Assembly (NCBI GenBank): GCA_965223005.1
Contig: CBDCVK010000006.1
Location: forward strand, 32,001-96,000
DNA: 64,000 nt
Reading direction: 5' to 3'
Source: Terriglobia bacterium
GTDB taxonomy: Bacteria; Acidobacteriota; Terriglobia; JAJPHL01; JAPKYU01
The stretch's first letter is position 1, and every line of letters starts with the position of its first letter. The translations under genes were made by a program, and so were the position numbers. The notes beneath the pieces are model-generated. The model was not told where the DNA came from. It searched no databases and saw only the letters and a list, made by a program, of their open reading frames with translations. This document shows, piece after piece, positions 11,228 to 22,056 of this stretch.

Positions 11228-13387
11228 TTGACGATGACCCGCTGGCTAACGCTGATCTGGATTCTCTGGTTTGGGGTCGTGTCGCCGCTTGCGGCGCAGC
11301 ACAAGGCGAGTACGGCCAAGGACTGGAAGCAGCTCAAGTATCCGCCGCTACGCGACGTCAAGCTCCCGGAGATCAAGCGCTACACGCTCTCGAACGGCAT
11401 CCGCCTGTTCGTGGTGGAGGACCACCGGCTACCGCTGGTCGGCGGCGCGGCGATGATCCATACCGGCAGCCGCTGGGAGCCGGCGGAGAAGACCGGCTTG
11501 GCCAGTATAGCCGGTCAGGTGATGCGCAGCGGCGGCACGGCCACCAAAACCGGCGACGAGCTGGACGAGGAGCTGGAGGCGCTGGCCGCCTCGGTGGAAA
11601 CCGGCATCGGTTTGGGCTCCGGCAGCGCCAGGTTCTCCGCGTTGAAGGGCGATGAGGACCGTGTCCTGGCCATCTTTGCTGATGTACTGATGAACCCGGA
11701 GTTCCGCCAGGACAAGATCGAGCTGGCCAAGACCTTCGTCCGCACTGCCATCTCACGCCGCAACGACGAACCCAGGGGTATCAACGCGCGCGAGTTTCGC
11801 AAGCTGATTTACGGGTCGGAGAGTGCCTACGCTCGCCACACCGAGTATGCCACCATTGACGCCATCCGCCGCGAGGACCTGATCGAGTTTCACCGCCGCT
11901 ATTACCATCCCAACAACGTGATGATCGGCATTTCCGGCGACGTCGACGCCGAGCAAATTCGGCAGAAGGTGGAAGCTGCCTTTGCCGCCTGGAGGCCGGC
12001 GCCCGAGCTCCAACTGCCCCCGCTGCCGCCGGTCGAAGTGAAGCGGAACGCCTCGGTGAACTTCATCCGCAAGCAGGATATCAACCAGACCTCGATTCGC
12101 ATCGGGCATCTGGCTGGGCGGCGCGACGATCCCGACTACTTCGCGCTACGGGTGATGACCCAGATTCTGGCGGCCGGCCCTTCCAGTCGCATGTTCAAGC
12201 GCATTCGTACGGAAATGGGCCTGGCCTACGCGGCCACCGGCTTCTGGGGCGCCCGATATGACCACCCGGGAACCTTTAGTGTGTTTGTCGGGACGAAGTC
12301 GGAGACTACCGTAGAGGCAACTGAAGCAGTGCTGCGCGAGTTGCGGCTCATCCGCGAAACGGAGGTCACCGACGAAGAATTGCAGGTGGCCAAGGAATCG
12401 ATCCTGAACTCATTCGTCTTCAACTTTGCCGATCCCGGCCAGATCATGGGCCGGATCATGACCTACATCTACTTCGGCTATCCGGAGGATTTTCTCCAGC
12501 AATACAAGACCAATGTGGAGAAGGTCACCAAGGCTGAAGTGTTGCGGGTGGCGCGCAAGCATCTGGAGCCGGACAGGCTCACCATCCTGGCGGTGGGCAA
12601 CGACAAGGATTTCGACAGGCCACTTGCAGAACTGGTGCTGGCCGAGGGCAAGGTGAACACCATTGACATTGCGATTCCTGAGGCGCAGCCGGCAATTGCC
12701 GCTGCTCCGGCCACTGCGGCGGCGCTGGAGCGCGGCCGTGCCGTGCTGACGGCGGCACAGGCGGCGGCCGGTGGCCTGGAGCGGCTGCGGGCGATCACCG
12801 ATGTTGCAGTCACCAGTTCGGGCAAAGTCACCACGCCGCGAGGCGAGATGGCTATGAGTAGCCGCGACACCGTTGTCTTTCCCGGTGTACTGCGCAGCGA
12901 ACAGACCCTGCCCTTTGGCACCATGATCACCTACTACGACGGCGACGGCGGCTGGATCAGCACTCCGCGAGGGGTTCGGGACCTGCCTGACCGCAGGAGG
13001 AAGTCGCTGGAAGGCCAGGTCGCGCGAAATACTCTCAACCTGCTGCGCGCGGAAGGTGACTTCACGGTGCAGTTTGAGAAACGCGACAAGGTGGGAGAAA
13101 CCGAAGCCGACGTCATCGCCATCTCCAAAGAAGGGCGGAGCGTACGTTTGTTCGTAGATTCTTCGACCGGCGCCGTTCTGAAAAAAGCCTATCGGGCGCC
13201 GTCGCAAGGGGGCGGCCTGGCCGACATAGAAGAAATTTACTCGGAGTACAAAGAGGTATCTGGCATAAAAGTACCTTTCCGCGTGCAGGTCATTCGAAAC
13301 GGCTCGAATTTCATGGATGCTTCCGTGACCGAAGTGAAGTTCGACACCGGCGTGGATCCCTCCGACCTCTCGAAAAAGCCGCAGTGA
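11228..13387 (+). CDS. M16 peptidase partner subunit (no HxxEH) with an extra C-terminal beta-rich domain
   Basis: Signal peptide; TLSNGIRLFVVEDHRLPLV; SRMFKRIRTEMGLAY (R/Y pair); about 240 additional aa after an Ala-rich linker. Confidence 0.85.
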   Translation: MTMTRWLTLIWILWFGVVSPLAAQHKASTAKDWKQLKYPPLRDVKLPEIKRYTLSNGIRLFVVEDHRLPLVGGAAMIHTGSRWEPAEKTGLASIAGQVMRSGGTATKTGDELDEELEALAASVETGIGLGSGSARFSALKGDEDRVLAIFADVLMNPEFRQDKIELAKTFVRTAISRRNDEPRGINAREFRKLIYGSESAYARHTEYATIDAIRREDLIEFHRRYYHPNNVMIGISGDVDAEQIRQKVEAAFAAWRPAPELQLPPLPPVEVKRNASVNFIRKQDINQTSIRIGHLAGRRDDPDYFALRVMTQILAAGPSSRMFKRIRTEMGLAYAATGFWGARYDHPGTFSVFVGTKSETTVEATEAVLRELRLIRETEVTDEELQVAKESILNSFVFNFADPGQIMGRIMTYIYFGYPEDFLQQYKTNVEKVTKAEVLRVARKHLEPDRLTILAVGNDKDFDRPLAELVLAEGKVNTIDIAIPEAQPAIAAAPATAAALERGRAVLTAAQAAAGGLERLRAITDVAVTSSGKVTTPRGEMAMSSRDTVVFPGVLRSEQTLPFGTMITYYDGDGGWISTPRGVRDLPDRRRKSLEGQVARNTLNLLRAEGDFTVQFEKRDKVGETEADVIAISKEGRSVRLFVDSSTGAVLKKAYRAPSQGGGLADIEEIYSEYKEVSGIKVPFRVQVIRNGSNFMDASVTEVKFDTGVDPSDLSKKPQ

Positions 13388-13433
13388 AGATTCGCGTTGA
13401 GGGACCGTTTCGAAACGAGAATCGCCGCTTCTC

Positions 13434-14297
13434 CTATTGGCGGGAGGATGCGATGCCCTCCGCAGCCGGCGCCACTCCGATGAACTTTCGCAGGCGTTCC
13501 AAATAGCGTTCACTGCCGACTACGAAGCTATCCGCGTGCCCGGCTCCCTCGACAGGGAGAAAGGATTTGGGTTCGCGCGCCGCTTGGTAAAGCTCTTGGC
13601 CCATGGGAAAGGGAATGAGCTGGTCCTGTGTGCCGTGCACGATTAGAACGGGACATCGCACCTGCCCGATTTTTCTTAGCGAGTCAAAACGGCTCTTGGG
13701 GACGTATTCCAGCAAGGGAAGGAGCAACATCCGTCGAGCCATCTCACGGGCTGAGGTGAAGGAGCTTTCGACGATCAGACCGCCGCATTCGCGCCGTGAG
13801 GCCAGCTCAACGGCCACCGCCCCGCCCAGCGACTGGCCGTGCAAGAGAATGTCGCGGGGCTTATGACCCTTAACCTCGACCAGGTACTGGTAGGCTGCGT
13901 TTGCGTCCCGATACAGGCCGACCTCGTACGGCGACCCCTCGCTTTTGCCGTAGCCTCGATAGTCCACTTCAAATAGGCTCACCCCGAGGCGCGCGAAGAA
14001 CTGCAAGCGCGACAGGTCGGTGCCAAGGTTGGTGGCGTTGCCATGAAACAGCAGCAGAACCTTGGAAGCGCTGGGACTCGCCAGATACCAGGCGTTCAGC
14101 CGCACATTGTCTTCTGCTCTCAGCCAGACTTCTTCGACCCGCAGGCCGTATTTTTCCGGAAGCGGAAGCTCCACAGAATCGCGGGGAGGAAAATAGATAA
14201 AACGACCCTCAAAGAGGCGAATTCCGACAACCACGAGGGCCAGCCCTGCGGCAATTCCAACGATCACACTCATGACGGACCTAGGCAGGCGTACCAC
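13434..14297 (-). CDS. alpha/beta hydrolase (ABHD-like) with N-terminal TM
   Basis: FHGNA, DYRGYGKSEG, GQSLGG nucleophile elbow, HGTQD, GAGH. Confidence 0.9.
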   Translation of the reverse strand: MVRLPRSVMSVIVGIAAGLALVVVGIRLFEGRFIYFPPRDSVELPLPEKYGLRVEEVWLRAEDNVRLNAWYLASPSASKVLLLFHGNATNLGTDLSRLQFFARLGVSLFEVDYRGYGKSEGSPYEVGLYRDANAAYQYLVEVKGHKPRDILLHGQSLGGAVAVELASRRECGGLIVESSFTSAREMARRMLLLPLLEYVPKSRFDSLRKIGQVRCPVLIVHGTQDQLIPFPMGQELYQAAREPKSFLPVEGAGHADSFVVGSERYLERLRKFIGVAPAAEGIASSRQ

Positions 14298-14438
14298 GTT
14301 CCGGACTCAGCTTACCCTCTCCGGCACTCTCCGAAGTGTTGCTATCTGTTGGGCTCTACCCGGCGTAGGCAAGCTGGACTTCGGGAGCAAGTCCGAGAAT
14401 TTTGACGGAGCCCGTTCTGTCCGGCTCTCTCTTGCGAC

Positions 14439-14663
14439 TCAGTCTTGAACCTGTTCCACCACCGGGACACCCACCCGTCGCAGCACCGCTTCTACGCCCT
14501 TCTCATCCAATCGCGTGGCGTCGTATTCCACGATGATGAGTTTCCGGGCTTCGTCTAGCAGGATGCGCCGGATGCCGAAGTAGCCGTGCTGCTCCTGAGT
14601 GCGAGGCAGCAGTTCAGTCCGAAGCTGGCCTTGATAGCGAAACCTGATCTCTACGGTGGTCAT
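14439..14663 (-). CDS. small hypothetical protein (HMA/ferredoxin-like fold possible)
   Basis: 74-aa ORF; IIVEYDATRL...VEAVLRRVGVPV resembles an HMA-like C-terminus without the Cys motif. Confidence 0.6.
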   Translation of the reverse strand: MTTVEIRFRYQGQLRTELLPRTQEQHGYFGIRRILLDEARKLIIVEYDATRLDEKGVEAVLRRVGVPVVEQVQD

Positions 14664-14932
14664 AAGCGAACCGCCTTATCATACCCGTGAAACTTCCTTG
14701 CCGCTCGTGAGACTTGCTTCCTTTAAGTCCTGGGCGACTGACCCCTGATGAAGGATCCATCTGGTGCCGTCGGCCAAGCCGGACTTCGCGAGCCAGTTAA
14801 GGGGGGAGTTTGAACAAAGTGGTACCTCGCTGACGGCGGACGGGCCGAGCTGTGGCGCTGTGCTCATTTTTTTGCTACCGTAAGTTCATTTGAGACCGCT
14901 TGTCCGCACTGTGACGGCCCGCGGGCAGACCG

Positions 14933-16461
14933 ATGATCATTATTCCCATCAGCCACGAAGACCTGAGCGGCCGACGGTGGCCCTACGTCACCGCTGCCAT
15001 CCTGCTGCTGAACGTTCTGATCTTCTTGACCACGCACTGGAGTATCCAGAGGCAGCATGGAGCGTTCGTGAAGCGGCTGAACATCGCCTTTGACTACTAT
15101 GTCTCTCACCCCTATCTGGAGCCGAAGCCACCCCTAGACAAGTTCTTGACCCAGATCGCAGGGGCGTCGCGCAAGGACCGGCTCATGGTGGAATCCATGA
15201 AAGCGCTGCACGAAGACTCGGTTCAGGCCCGGGGCGGAGTGAAACCCGCCACCCAGGCCCGCCAGCAGGCGCGACTGGACAAGATGTGCGCGGCGGTGGC
15301 CGAGGCCGAAAAAGCTTCTCCTTTAACGAAGTACGCCTACATCCCCGCCGAGAACAACGCGCTGGGCCTGATTACCTCGCAGTTCCTGCACGGCGGCTGG
15401 ATGCACCTGATCTTCAATATGCTGTTCTTGTGGCTGGCCGGTTGTAACATCGAGGATCGCTGGGGCCGAGTGGTGTTCCCCCTGTTCTACCTGAGCGCTG
15501 GCGTAGTGGCGGCGCTGAGCCACAAAGCTTCCGCCCCGCAGAGTTTCATCCCGTTGATCGGTGCTTCCGGTGCCATTGCGGGCGCCATGGGGGCGTTTCT
15601 GATGAAGTTTGCCCGGACCCGCATCAAGTTTTTCTGGTTCTTTTGGATGTTCTTTTTCATTCGCGCCGGGACTTTCCACGCTCCGGCTTACCTGATGTTG
15701 CCCTTGTGGTTGGGCAGCCAACTTTTTTTTGCGGCCTGTTGACCTCTGGCCAGGGCGGTGGCGTCGCCTTTTGGGCGCACGTTGGCGGATTCGTCTACGG
15801 TGTGGTGTTTGCCCTGGCGCTCGGAGTGAGCGGCATTGAGGAGAAGGTAAACCGCGGAATTGAGGGCCAGATTTCGCTGCATCAGGACCCACAGATCGTC
15901 AAAGCGGGAGAGTTGATTGACGCAGGTCAGACGGCCGAGGCCATTGGTCTGCTGGAGCAAGTCGGGGCAAAGGACCCCAGCAGCGTGGACGCACAACTGG
16001 AATTGCTACGAGCTGCCAAAGCCGCCGAGGACCAGGAGCGGGCAAGGCGCGCCTACGTGCGCCTGATCGGTCTATATGTGAAACAGAACAGCCTGGACAC
16101 GGCTCTGGATCTCTACGAGGAGATGAGTCAAGCGGAACTGGAAACTGCAGTGCCGGCAGCATTGCGGCTGCGCCTGGCCAAACATCTGGAAAAAAGCAAT
16201 TTCCTGGATGGTGCAGCGCAGGAATATTGCAACATCTACAGCAACAGCGCCGCCGACAACACATCCTTCCAGGCGCTACTGGCACACGCCAACCTGATGT
16301 TGCGGATGGGTCGGAAAGCAGAAGCTTTGCAGTTGTTCACCGTCGCCCAGAGCTCCCCTCTTCCTCACCTGGAGTGGGATGCCACCATTGCCCATGGATT
16401 GAAGCAGGCCGAGGCGCTTCCTGATGCAGAGGCACAGTCCTCGGGCACACCAGGTGTCTAG
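14933..16461 (+). pseudogene. rhomboid intramembrane serine protease with C-terminal TPR-like domain, frameshifted at a T8 run
   Basis: First frame (14933-15742) has FLHGGWMHLIFNM and IGASGAIAG. The catalytic-His motif WAHVGGF and the helical repeat domain are in the second frame (to 16461). The switch is at T8, 15723-15730. Confidence 0.8.
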
Positions 16462-16586
16462 GCACACAGACTGCGTCGCTGGATGGCCGGTTCGGAGTTG
16501 GAAGCAGGCGCCCTTTCGGGTGCTTGCGTTCCGGCATTCGCAAAGCTACGGCGAACTATAGTCCCGCGGGGATCGCGGCCACCTCG

Positions 16587-17783
16587 TCAGCTTTGCTTGA
16601 GGAAGCTGCCGCCGCGCCGCGGCGGATGCGCCTTGAGTGCCTGTTCATTGGGCTGTGTGCCCCAGCCCGGGGTTTTGCCAAGGATCAGGTAACCGTCCTC
16701 GATCTTCGGCGCGATGGTGAACAGTTCGTCCCTCCAGGGCACGTGATCCATATCGATCTCCATGATCCGGAAGTTAGGGACCGCTGCGACGAAGTGGGCG
16801 CTCATCATGGTCGACAGGTGGCCGTAGAAGTTGTGCGGCGCGATGTTGACCTCGTGGGCCTCGGCCACGGCAGCGATCTTCATCGATTGCCAGACGCCGT
16901 TCCACACCGCGTCAATAATTGCTACGTCCATGGACTGCTGCTCGAAATACGGCCGGAACTCTCGGAGGCCGATTAGGGTTTCGCAGGAACTGATCGGCGT
17001 GGTGCTGCGCCGCCGGACGAGCGCAAGCGCCTCTGGGTTGTAGCTGTCGATCTCGATCCAAAACAACGTCAGTGGCGCCAGGGCGTCGACGATTTTCAGA
17101 TACCCTTCTGTCTTAAAGTTGAAGTTAAGATCGAGCAGGATGTCGATGTCAGGTCCCGCACCCTCGCGGAAGGCTTCCATCTCCGCTCTCAGGCCATGGA
17201 TGACGTCTCGTTCCGCGTTCAGCTCGGGATAGCCACCAGGACGGTTGAATCCCGGAAAGTAACCGGCTGGTGTGCGGTCAAACAAGAAGATGTTGGTCTT
17301 AAGAGCCGTGAAGCGATTTTCCTTTACCTCCCGGCCAAGCGCCTTGACATCATCGAGTGAAGTGACTGGCGGGTAATCGTGCACGTCCGGCCAGTTGACC
17401 CGGTAGGTACCGCAATGGGACCAGTACAGCCGGATCCGCTCGCGCACCGCACCGCCCAGGATCTCGTATGCTGGAACTCCATAGTGCTTCGCTTTGACGT
17501 CCAGCAGCGCGTTTTCAATCGCGCCGATGGCCTCTGCCACGACACCGCCGGCCGCTGGGCGGGTGGAGGCGTAGAGGTCCCAGAAAATCTTTTCTGTGTT
17601 CCGTGGATCCTGACCGATCGTCGGGCCGGCAAGGCCTTCGATCGCTGCACTGACGCCTGGTGAGCCGAAGCCCTCTTGGTACTCGCTCCAGCCAACGAGG
17701 CCAGTATCGGTGGTGAGTTTGACGAACGAGAAATTCCGCCAGCCGGCGTCGCAATGGAGGGTTTCGACGGCTGTGATCTTCAC
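16587..17783 (-). CDS. mandelate racemase/muconate lactonizing family (enolase superfamily) acid-sugar dehydratase-like
   Basis: MKITAVET, ENALLDVKAK..GVPAYEILGG, metal ligands DLN/EID/SCE, APHNFYG. Confidence 0.9.
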   Translation of the reverse strand: MKITAVETLHCDAGWRNFSFVKLTTDTGLVGWSEYQEGFGSPGVSAAIEGLAGPTIGQDPRNTEKIFWDLYASTRPAAGGVVAEAIGAIENALLDVKAKHYGVPAYEILGGAVRERIRLYWSHCGTYRVNWPDVHDYPPVTSLDDVKALGREVKENRFTALKTNIFLFDRTPAGYFPGFNRPGGYPELNAERDVIHGLRAEMEAFREGAGPDIDILLDLNFNFKTEGYLKIVDALAPLTLFWIEIDSYNPEALALVRRRSTTPISSCETLIGLREFRPYFEQQSMDVAIIDAVWNGVWQSMKIAAVAEAHEVNIAPHNFYGHLSTMMSAHFVAAVPNFRIMEIDMDHVPWRDELFTIAPKIEDGYLILGKTPGWGTQPNEQALKAHPPRRGGSFLKQS

Positions 17784-17784
17784 T

Positions 17785-20284
17785 TCACAGGCCTGGCGCG
17801 ACTGGTAACGTTACTCCTCCGCCCGAGCCAATTCCGTCCACGGTGACCTCCACCGCAGCATTCCCGGACTGAAGGCCCTCGGGTACCGTCACGTTGATCT
17901 GATAGAGCCCAACGAAGCCTGGAGCTGCTCCGGCGTGGTGCACGGTTGCCGAGCGGCCGCCGATGGTGACTGTAACGTTGCCGGTCACCGGCGCCGCGCC
18001 CGCCGCCGGTTCGCCCGAGACTTGTGACGGGCGAGTTTCTCCCAGACCGGTAGCGTACAACAGGATTGTCTCTCCAGGGGTGGTCGGTCGTTCCGGTGTC
18101 ACGGGCTCGAAATCGCCATGCAGCGCGACGGCAGTTCCTGTGCCCGTCATGGTGCTGGTAAACAGGGCTGGCAGAGCCGGCCAGATGCGAATCCCCTGGG
18201 GAGCGCCGAACAGGCCGTTGTTGTCAACCACCACGTCGGCGTAAGTCACTCCTGCCAGTTCCACGGGTATCTGGAAGTGGATTTGGGAAGAGCTGTCGTC
18301 GCTCGCTGCCACGGCCAACAGAGGGGCCGCGATGCCACCCACCAGGACCTGCACGCCCGCAAGTTCCCTGGGCAGCGGCTGGCTGGCTGCAAACGCGGTG
18401 GCCGGCGTCAGATCCAGACCAAACATGCTCACCAGTGAGCCCGGGGCGACCGGCGTCGGGTCCGGGGCAAAGCTGGCCGCGCTAACCACACCACCGGGGA
18501 AGATGGCCGGAATGAGCTCAGGACTGCCTTCCAGGTCCCCGCCGACGCCAAACGGTGGCGAACTTGTCCCTCCCTGGGTGGCCACAGCAGTTAGAGCCAC
18601 TGGCCCTTCGCTCAGGCTGCGGAACACACCGCTGTAGACTCCCGCGCCCAGATCGTCCAGGGTGAACTCCGGCTCCAGGTTGCTGGAAGCTACCAGCACC
18701 TCGGCGCCTTCCACCGGTGCACCTGCGGAGTCCGTCACCAGTACCTGAACCTCCAGTGGGAGCTGTGCGGTAGCGATGAATGCCGACGGAGGTTCCAGGA
18801 ATTCTCCTTCTAGCCCTGCCGCCTGCTGGGCGCCTGCAAGGGTGCGGGACAGAGCTATGGTCGGTAGCGCTCCTGTGCCTTCCTCTGCCACTGCCGGACT
18901 GACCAGTAGGACCACCTTCAGCGTGGTCGGAGTGACCCCAGTTCCTAGAAAGACGACTGCCCCTCGATACCTGCCCGCCGCAAGGCCGGCAATATCCACC
19001 TCCACGCTCACGCTGCTGGGCGCGGTACCACTGGTGGGGTCAACGGGTAGTAGCCAGGGGCCGCCATTGCGGGTGCTCACGAAGGTCTCAAAGGGGATGC
19101 TGGGGGCCCCATGGGCCGTCACTTCGACTTCGGCTGGCGCCGGATTTTCTCCGCCTTCTGTGGCTCGGAACACGACGGCGCCCGGCCGGGTACGCAGGCG
19201 CGGCAGCCCGGCTGGCGTTCCGATTCGCAGGACAACCGGAATACTGCGCTCCTCCATCACTGCCCCATCAATTTCCAGCATGACCAGGCCTATGTAAATG
19301 CCGGTTGGCAGGTCCCCGGGCGTGGCGCTGACGTTGATGGTTCCTGGAATCTCGTCGGACTCAGTTTCGATGTTTAACCAGTCACCTCCGCTACTGGTGA
19401 TGGGGGTGGCGGTGAACGTCAACCCGCTCAGGCTTGAATGCAGGCGCACGTCCACCGAGGCCGGGGGCGGTGGTCCCGTTGGTGGCGGTAAAGTTGATTA
19501 CGGGCGGAGAAATTTGCACTGCTGTTTGGTTGGAGGTGGATGACTCCTCGGCGCCATTGTCACCGTTACCGGATTGGCCAACGATGCGCAGCCATACGCG
19601 AGCGGTCCTGGTTTTGTCGCCCGCGCTTACCTCCACCATGCCCGTATAGTGGCCGGGCTCCAGACCGTTGGGATCGACCGAAAGCTCGATGGTGTCGGGT
19701 GTCGTTCCGCTGGGAGGGTCAATTGAAAGCCAGTCGCCTTCGCTTGTGGAGTCTTCTGCTGTCCAGTCCAACTCCCCATGCCCGGCGCTCTTCACGTGCA
19801 GTGTCTTTGGGGCCGGGGGAGGGCCGTCGGGATGCATGATGAAATTAAAGGCCCGCGGATGGATCACCAGGTTCGCCGGCGCTGGTGGTCGCACTAGCAG
19901 CCTTACACGGACCTCAACGGAGGTATCTCCGCTGGTGACGGTAATCGAGCCATCGTGCTGGCCGGCTGACAGACCCTCGCCGTCCACGGTTGCGGTGATG
20001 GCCCCGGGTCCAGTACTCGAGGTGGGGTCAATATCCAGCCAAGTTCCCATGGGCGTCGCCGTCCACTCGAATTCTTCGCCGCCCGTGGGACTGAAAACTG
20101 TCAGGGTGCGCGGCTCGGGGTTGTCGCCCCCCTCGGCCATGTGAAAGACCAACGCCCGCGGCCGCGCCAGAACCGCTGGCCCCCCGGCTCCGCCATTGGG
20201 CGGACCCTGGGCTAGCGCAAGTGCGCCGGCCAAGAAGCTAACTGTGCAAAACAATGCGGAAGTCTTTAGGCGAATGGATAGCAC
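17785..20284 (-). pseudogene. secreted surface protein with four BACON-like repeats and a Solibacter-type (TIGR03437-like) C-terminal domain; single frameshift near 19463-19467
   Basis: GTG start at 20284 after AGGAGG; signal peptide; repeats of P...F.....P.P..L.V...WL...P.SG..P..I.V.VD..GL..G.Y.G.V; C-terminal APGFVGLYQINVTVP. ORFs 19391-20314 and 17785-19455 join if one base is removed. Confidence 0.78.
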
Positions 20285-20343
20285 CGAAGTTTTCCTCCTG
20301 ACAGCAGGGTACAATTCACCGGCAAGGGGGGGGGGTAAACCTG

Positions 20344-20373
20344 ATTCTCTGGTAACTGCAGGGCTGCTGTCAA
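20344..20373 (-). promoter_or_regulatory. putative sigma70 promoter of the BACON-repeat gene
   Basis: Minus strand TTGACA-N18-GAGAAT upstream of a C10 tract and the AGGAGG SD. Confidence 0.4.
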
Positions 20374-20503
20374 TCTAACTTTCGTACTGGCAGTACTACG
20401 GGCACATAGAGGGGATCTCCTTGCCGTCATCCGTCGGACGGAGTTCCATCTGAGTTAAGAGAGATGGAGCCGCTTTGGCGTAAGATTATCCGGAGGTTTT
20501 CTG

Positions 20504-21859
20504 ATGCATCCGATCCTGATTCTAGCAATCGCGGTGGTGCTCATTTTTCTCCTCATCATCCGGCTGCACGTGAACGCCTTCATTGCGCTCATCACCGGCG
20601 CGCTGGTGGTGGGAATCCTTTCGCCACGGGTGCCGTTGGCCGACGCCATGAAGGAAGCCACGCGCATCTTTGGGGAAACGGCCGGCAAGATTGGGATTGT
20701 CATTGCGCTGGCTGCCGTCATTGGGCAGTGCCTGATGGAAAGCGGTGCAGCCGACAAGATTACGCGCCGCATTGTCGGATTCCTCGGCGAGAAGTTTTCT
20801 TCGCTGTCCCTTCTCGGGAGCGGTTACGTTCTGGCAGTGCCGGTGTTCTTCGACACAGTATTTTATTTGCTGATCCCGCTGGCCCGCGCGATGCGCGTGC
20901 GGACAGGCAAGAACTACCTGCTGTACGTCATGTCCATCTGCGCAGGTGCTGCGGTGACCCATTCTCTGGTCCCGCCAACCCCCGGTCCCGTAGCCATGGC
21001 GACGACGCTTCAGGTGGACCTGGGAATGGTGATCCTAGTGGGAATTTCCGTGGCTTTACCTGCTTCCTTCGCCGGCTGGCTGTATGCGAATTATATGGAC
21101 CGCAAGATGCACGTGGAGTTTCGGGAAGCCCCGGGCCTGCGAATGGAGGAGCTAAAGGAACTGGCTCTGAAACCTGAAAGCGAGCTACCGAGCTTTGTGG
21201 TTTCACTGCTTCCCATCGTGCTCCCCATCGTTTTCATCACCTCGAACACTGTGGTGAGCTCCCTCGACAAGGGTAGCTCTTTGGCGCAGGTGACAGCTTT
21301 CCTGGGAAATCCCAGTTTCGCGTTGTTGGTTTCCACCGCGATTGCTCTTTACATCCTGGCCCGTCAAAAGGGCTACTCACTGGCGCAGTTAGCCCAGCCT
21401 GTGGAAACCGGTCTGGCCAGTGGAGGAATCATCATTCTGATCACCAGTGCCGGGGGAGCCTTTGGCGGAATGCTGGTGATGGCAGGCGTGGGAGACATGC
21501 TGAATCAACTCTCCCAACATCTTGGGCTCTCGGTCCTGCTGCTGGCCTTTTTTCTGGCATCTCTGTTCAAGATTGCCCAGGGCTCCGGGACAGTGGCTAT
21601 GATTACTACTGCGGCCATCGTGAGCCCCTTGGTTCAACCGGCAGCCTTGCCCTTCCATCCGGTCTATATCACCATGGCGATCGGCGCAGGCTCCAAAATC
21701 GGCTCTTGGATGAATGACAGCGGTTTTTGGGTGGTGAAGCAGATGTCCGGGCTGACGGAGATGGAAACCCTGAAAACATGGTCGCTCATGCTCGCCATTA
21801 TGGGCGTGGTGGCTTTCGCCGTGACCGCCCTGGCCAGCTGGCTGTTCCCGCTGGTGTAG
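20504..21859 (+). CDS. GntP family (gluconate:H+ symporter-like) permease
   Basis: HVNAFIAL, ESGAADKI, VPVFFD, HSLVPPTPGP, KIAQGSGTVAMIT, SWMNDSGFW. Confidence 0.92.
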   Translation: MHPILILAIAVVLIFLLIIRLHVNAFIALITGALVVGILSPRVPLADAMKEATRIFGETAGKIGIVIALAAVIGQCLMESGAADKITRRIVGFLGEKFSSLSLLGSGYVLAVPVFFDTVFYLLIPLARAMRVRTGKNYLLYVMSICAGAAVTHSLVPPTPGPVAMATTLQVDLGMVILVGISVALPASFAGWLYANYMDRKMHVEFREAPGLRMEELKELALKPESELPSFVVSLLPIVLPIVFITSNTVVSSLDKGSSLAQVTAFLGNPSFALLVSTAIALYILARQKGYSLAQLAQPVETGLASGGIIILITSAGGAFGGMLVMAGVGDMLNQLSQHLGLSVLLLAFFLASLFKIAQGSGTVAMITTAAIVSPLVQPAALPFHPVYITMAIGAGSKIGSWMNDSGFWVVKQMSGLTEMETLKTWSLMLAIMGVVAFAVTALASWLFPLV

Positions 21860-22001
21860 TGCGACCCCGCTTGTGTAGTGAAACTTGGTGAGGTGCTTGG
21901 CGGAGGGAGAAGGCGCCAGGGCGGCTGGCGTATGATTCCGGACGAACGTAAAGTTAAAGTAGAAGATCTCCGCTCAACCTATTCTATTAAAAGCTACTTG
22001 T

Positions 22002-22056
22002 GGTCTGTCGGGCACAGGACACCCGCCTGGGGTGCCCGGAGACCGGCACGTTTTTT
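22002..22056 (+). terminator. GC-rich hairpin followed by T6 between convergent genes
   Basis: GGTCT(gt)CGGGCAC...GTGCCCG(g)AGACC, then TTTTTT at 22051-22056. Confidence 0.45.

Noticed and set aside
14685-14760. Hammerhead-like elements (GAAAC ... GTC ... CTGATGA) in an intergenic region
   Set aside because: Only a 4-bp stem III forms. Stem I is mismatched at the core and stem II cannot pair.
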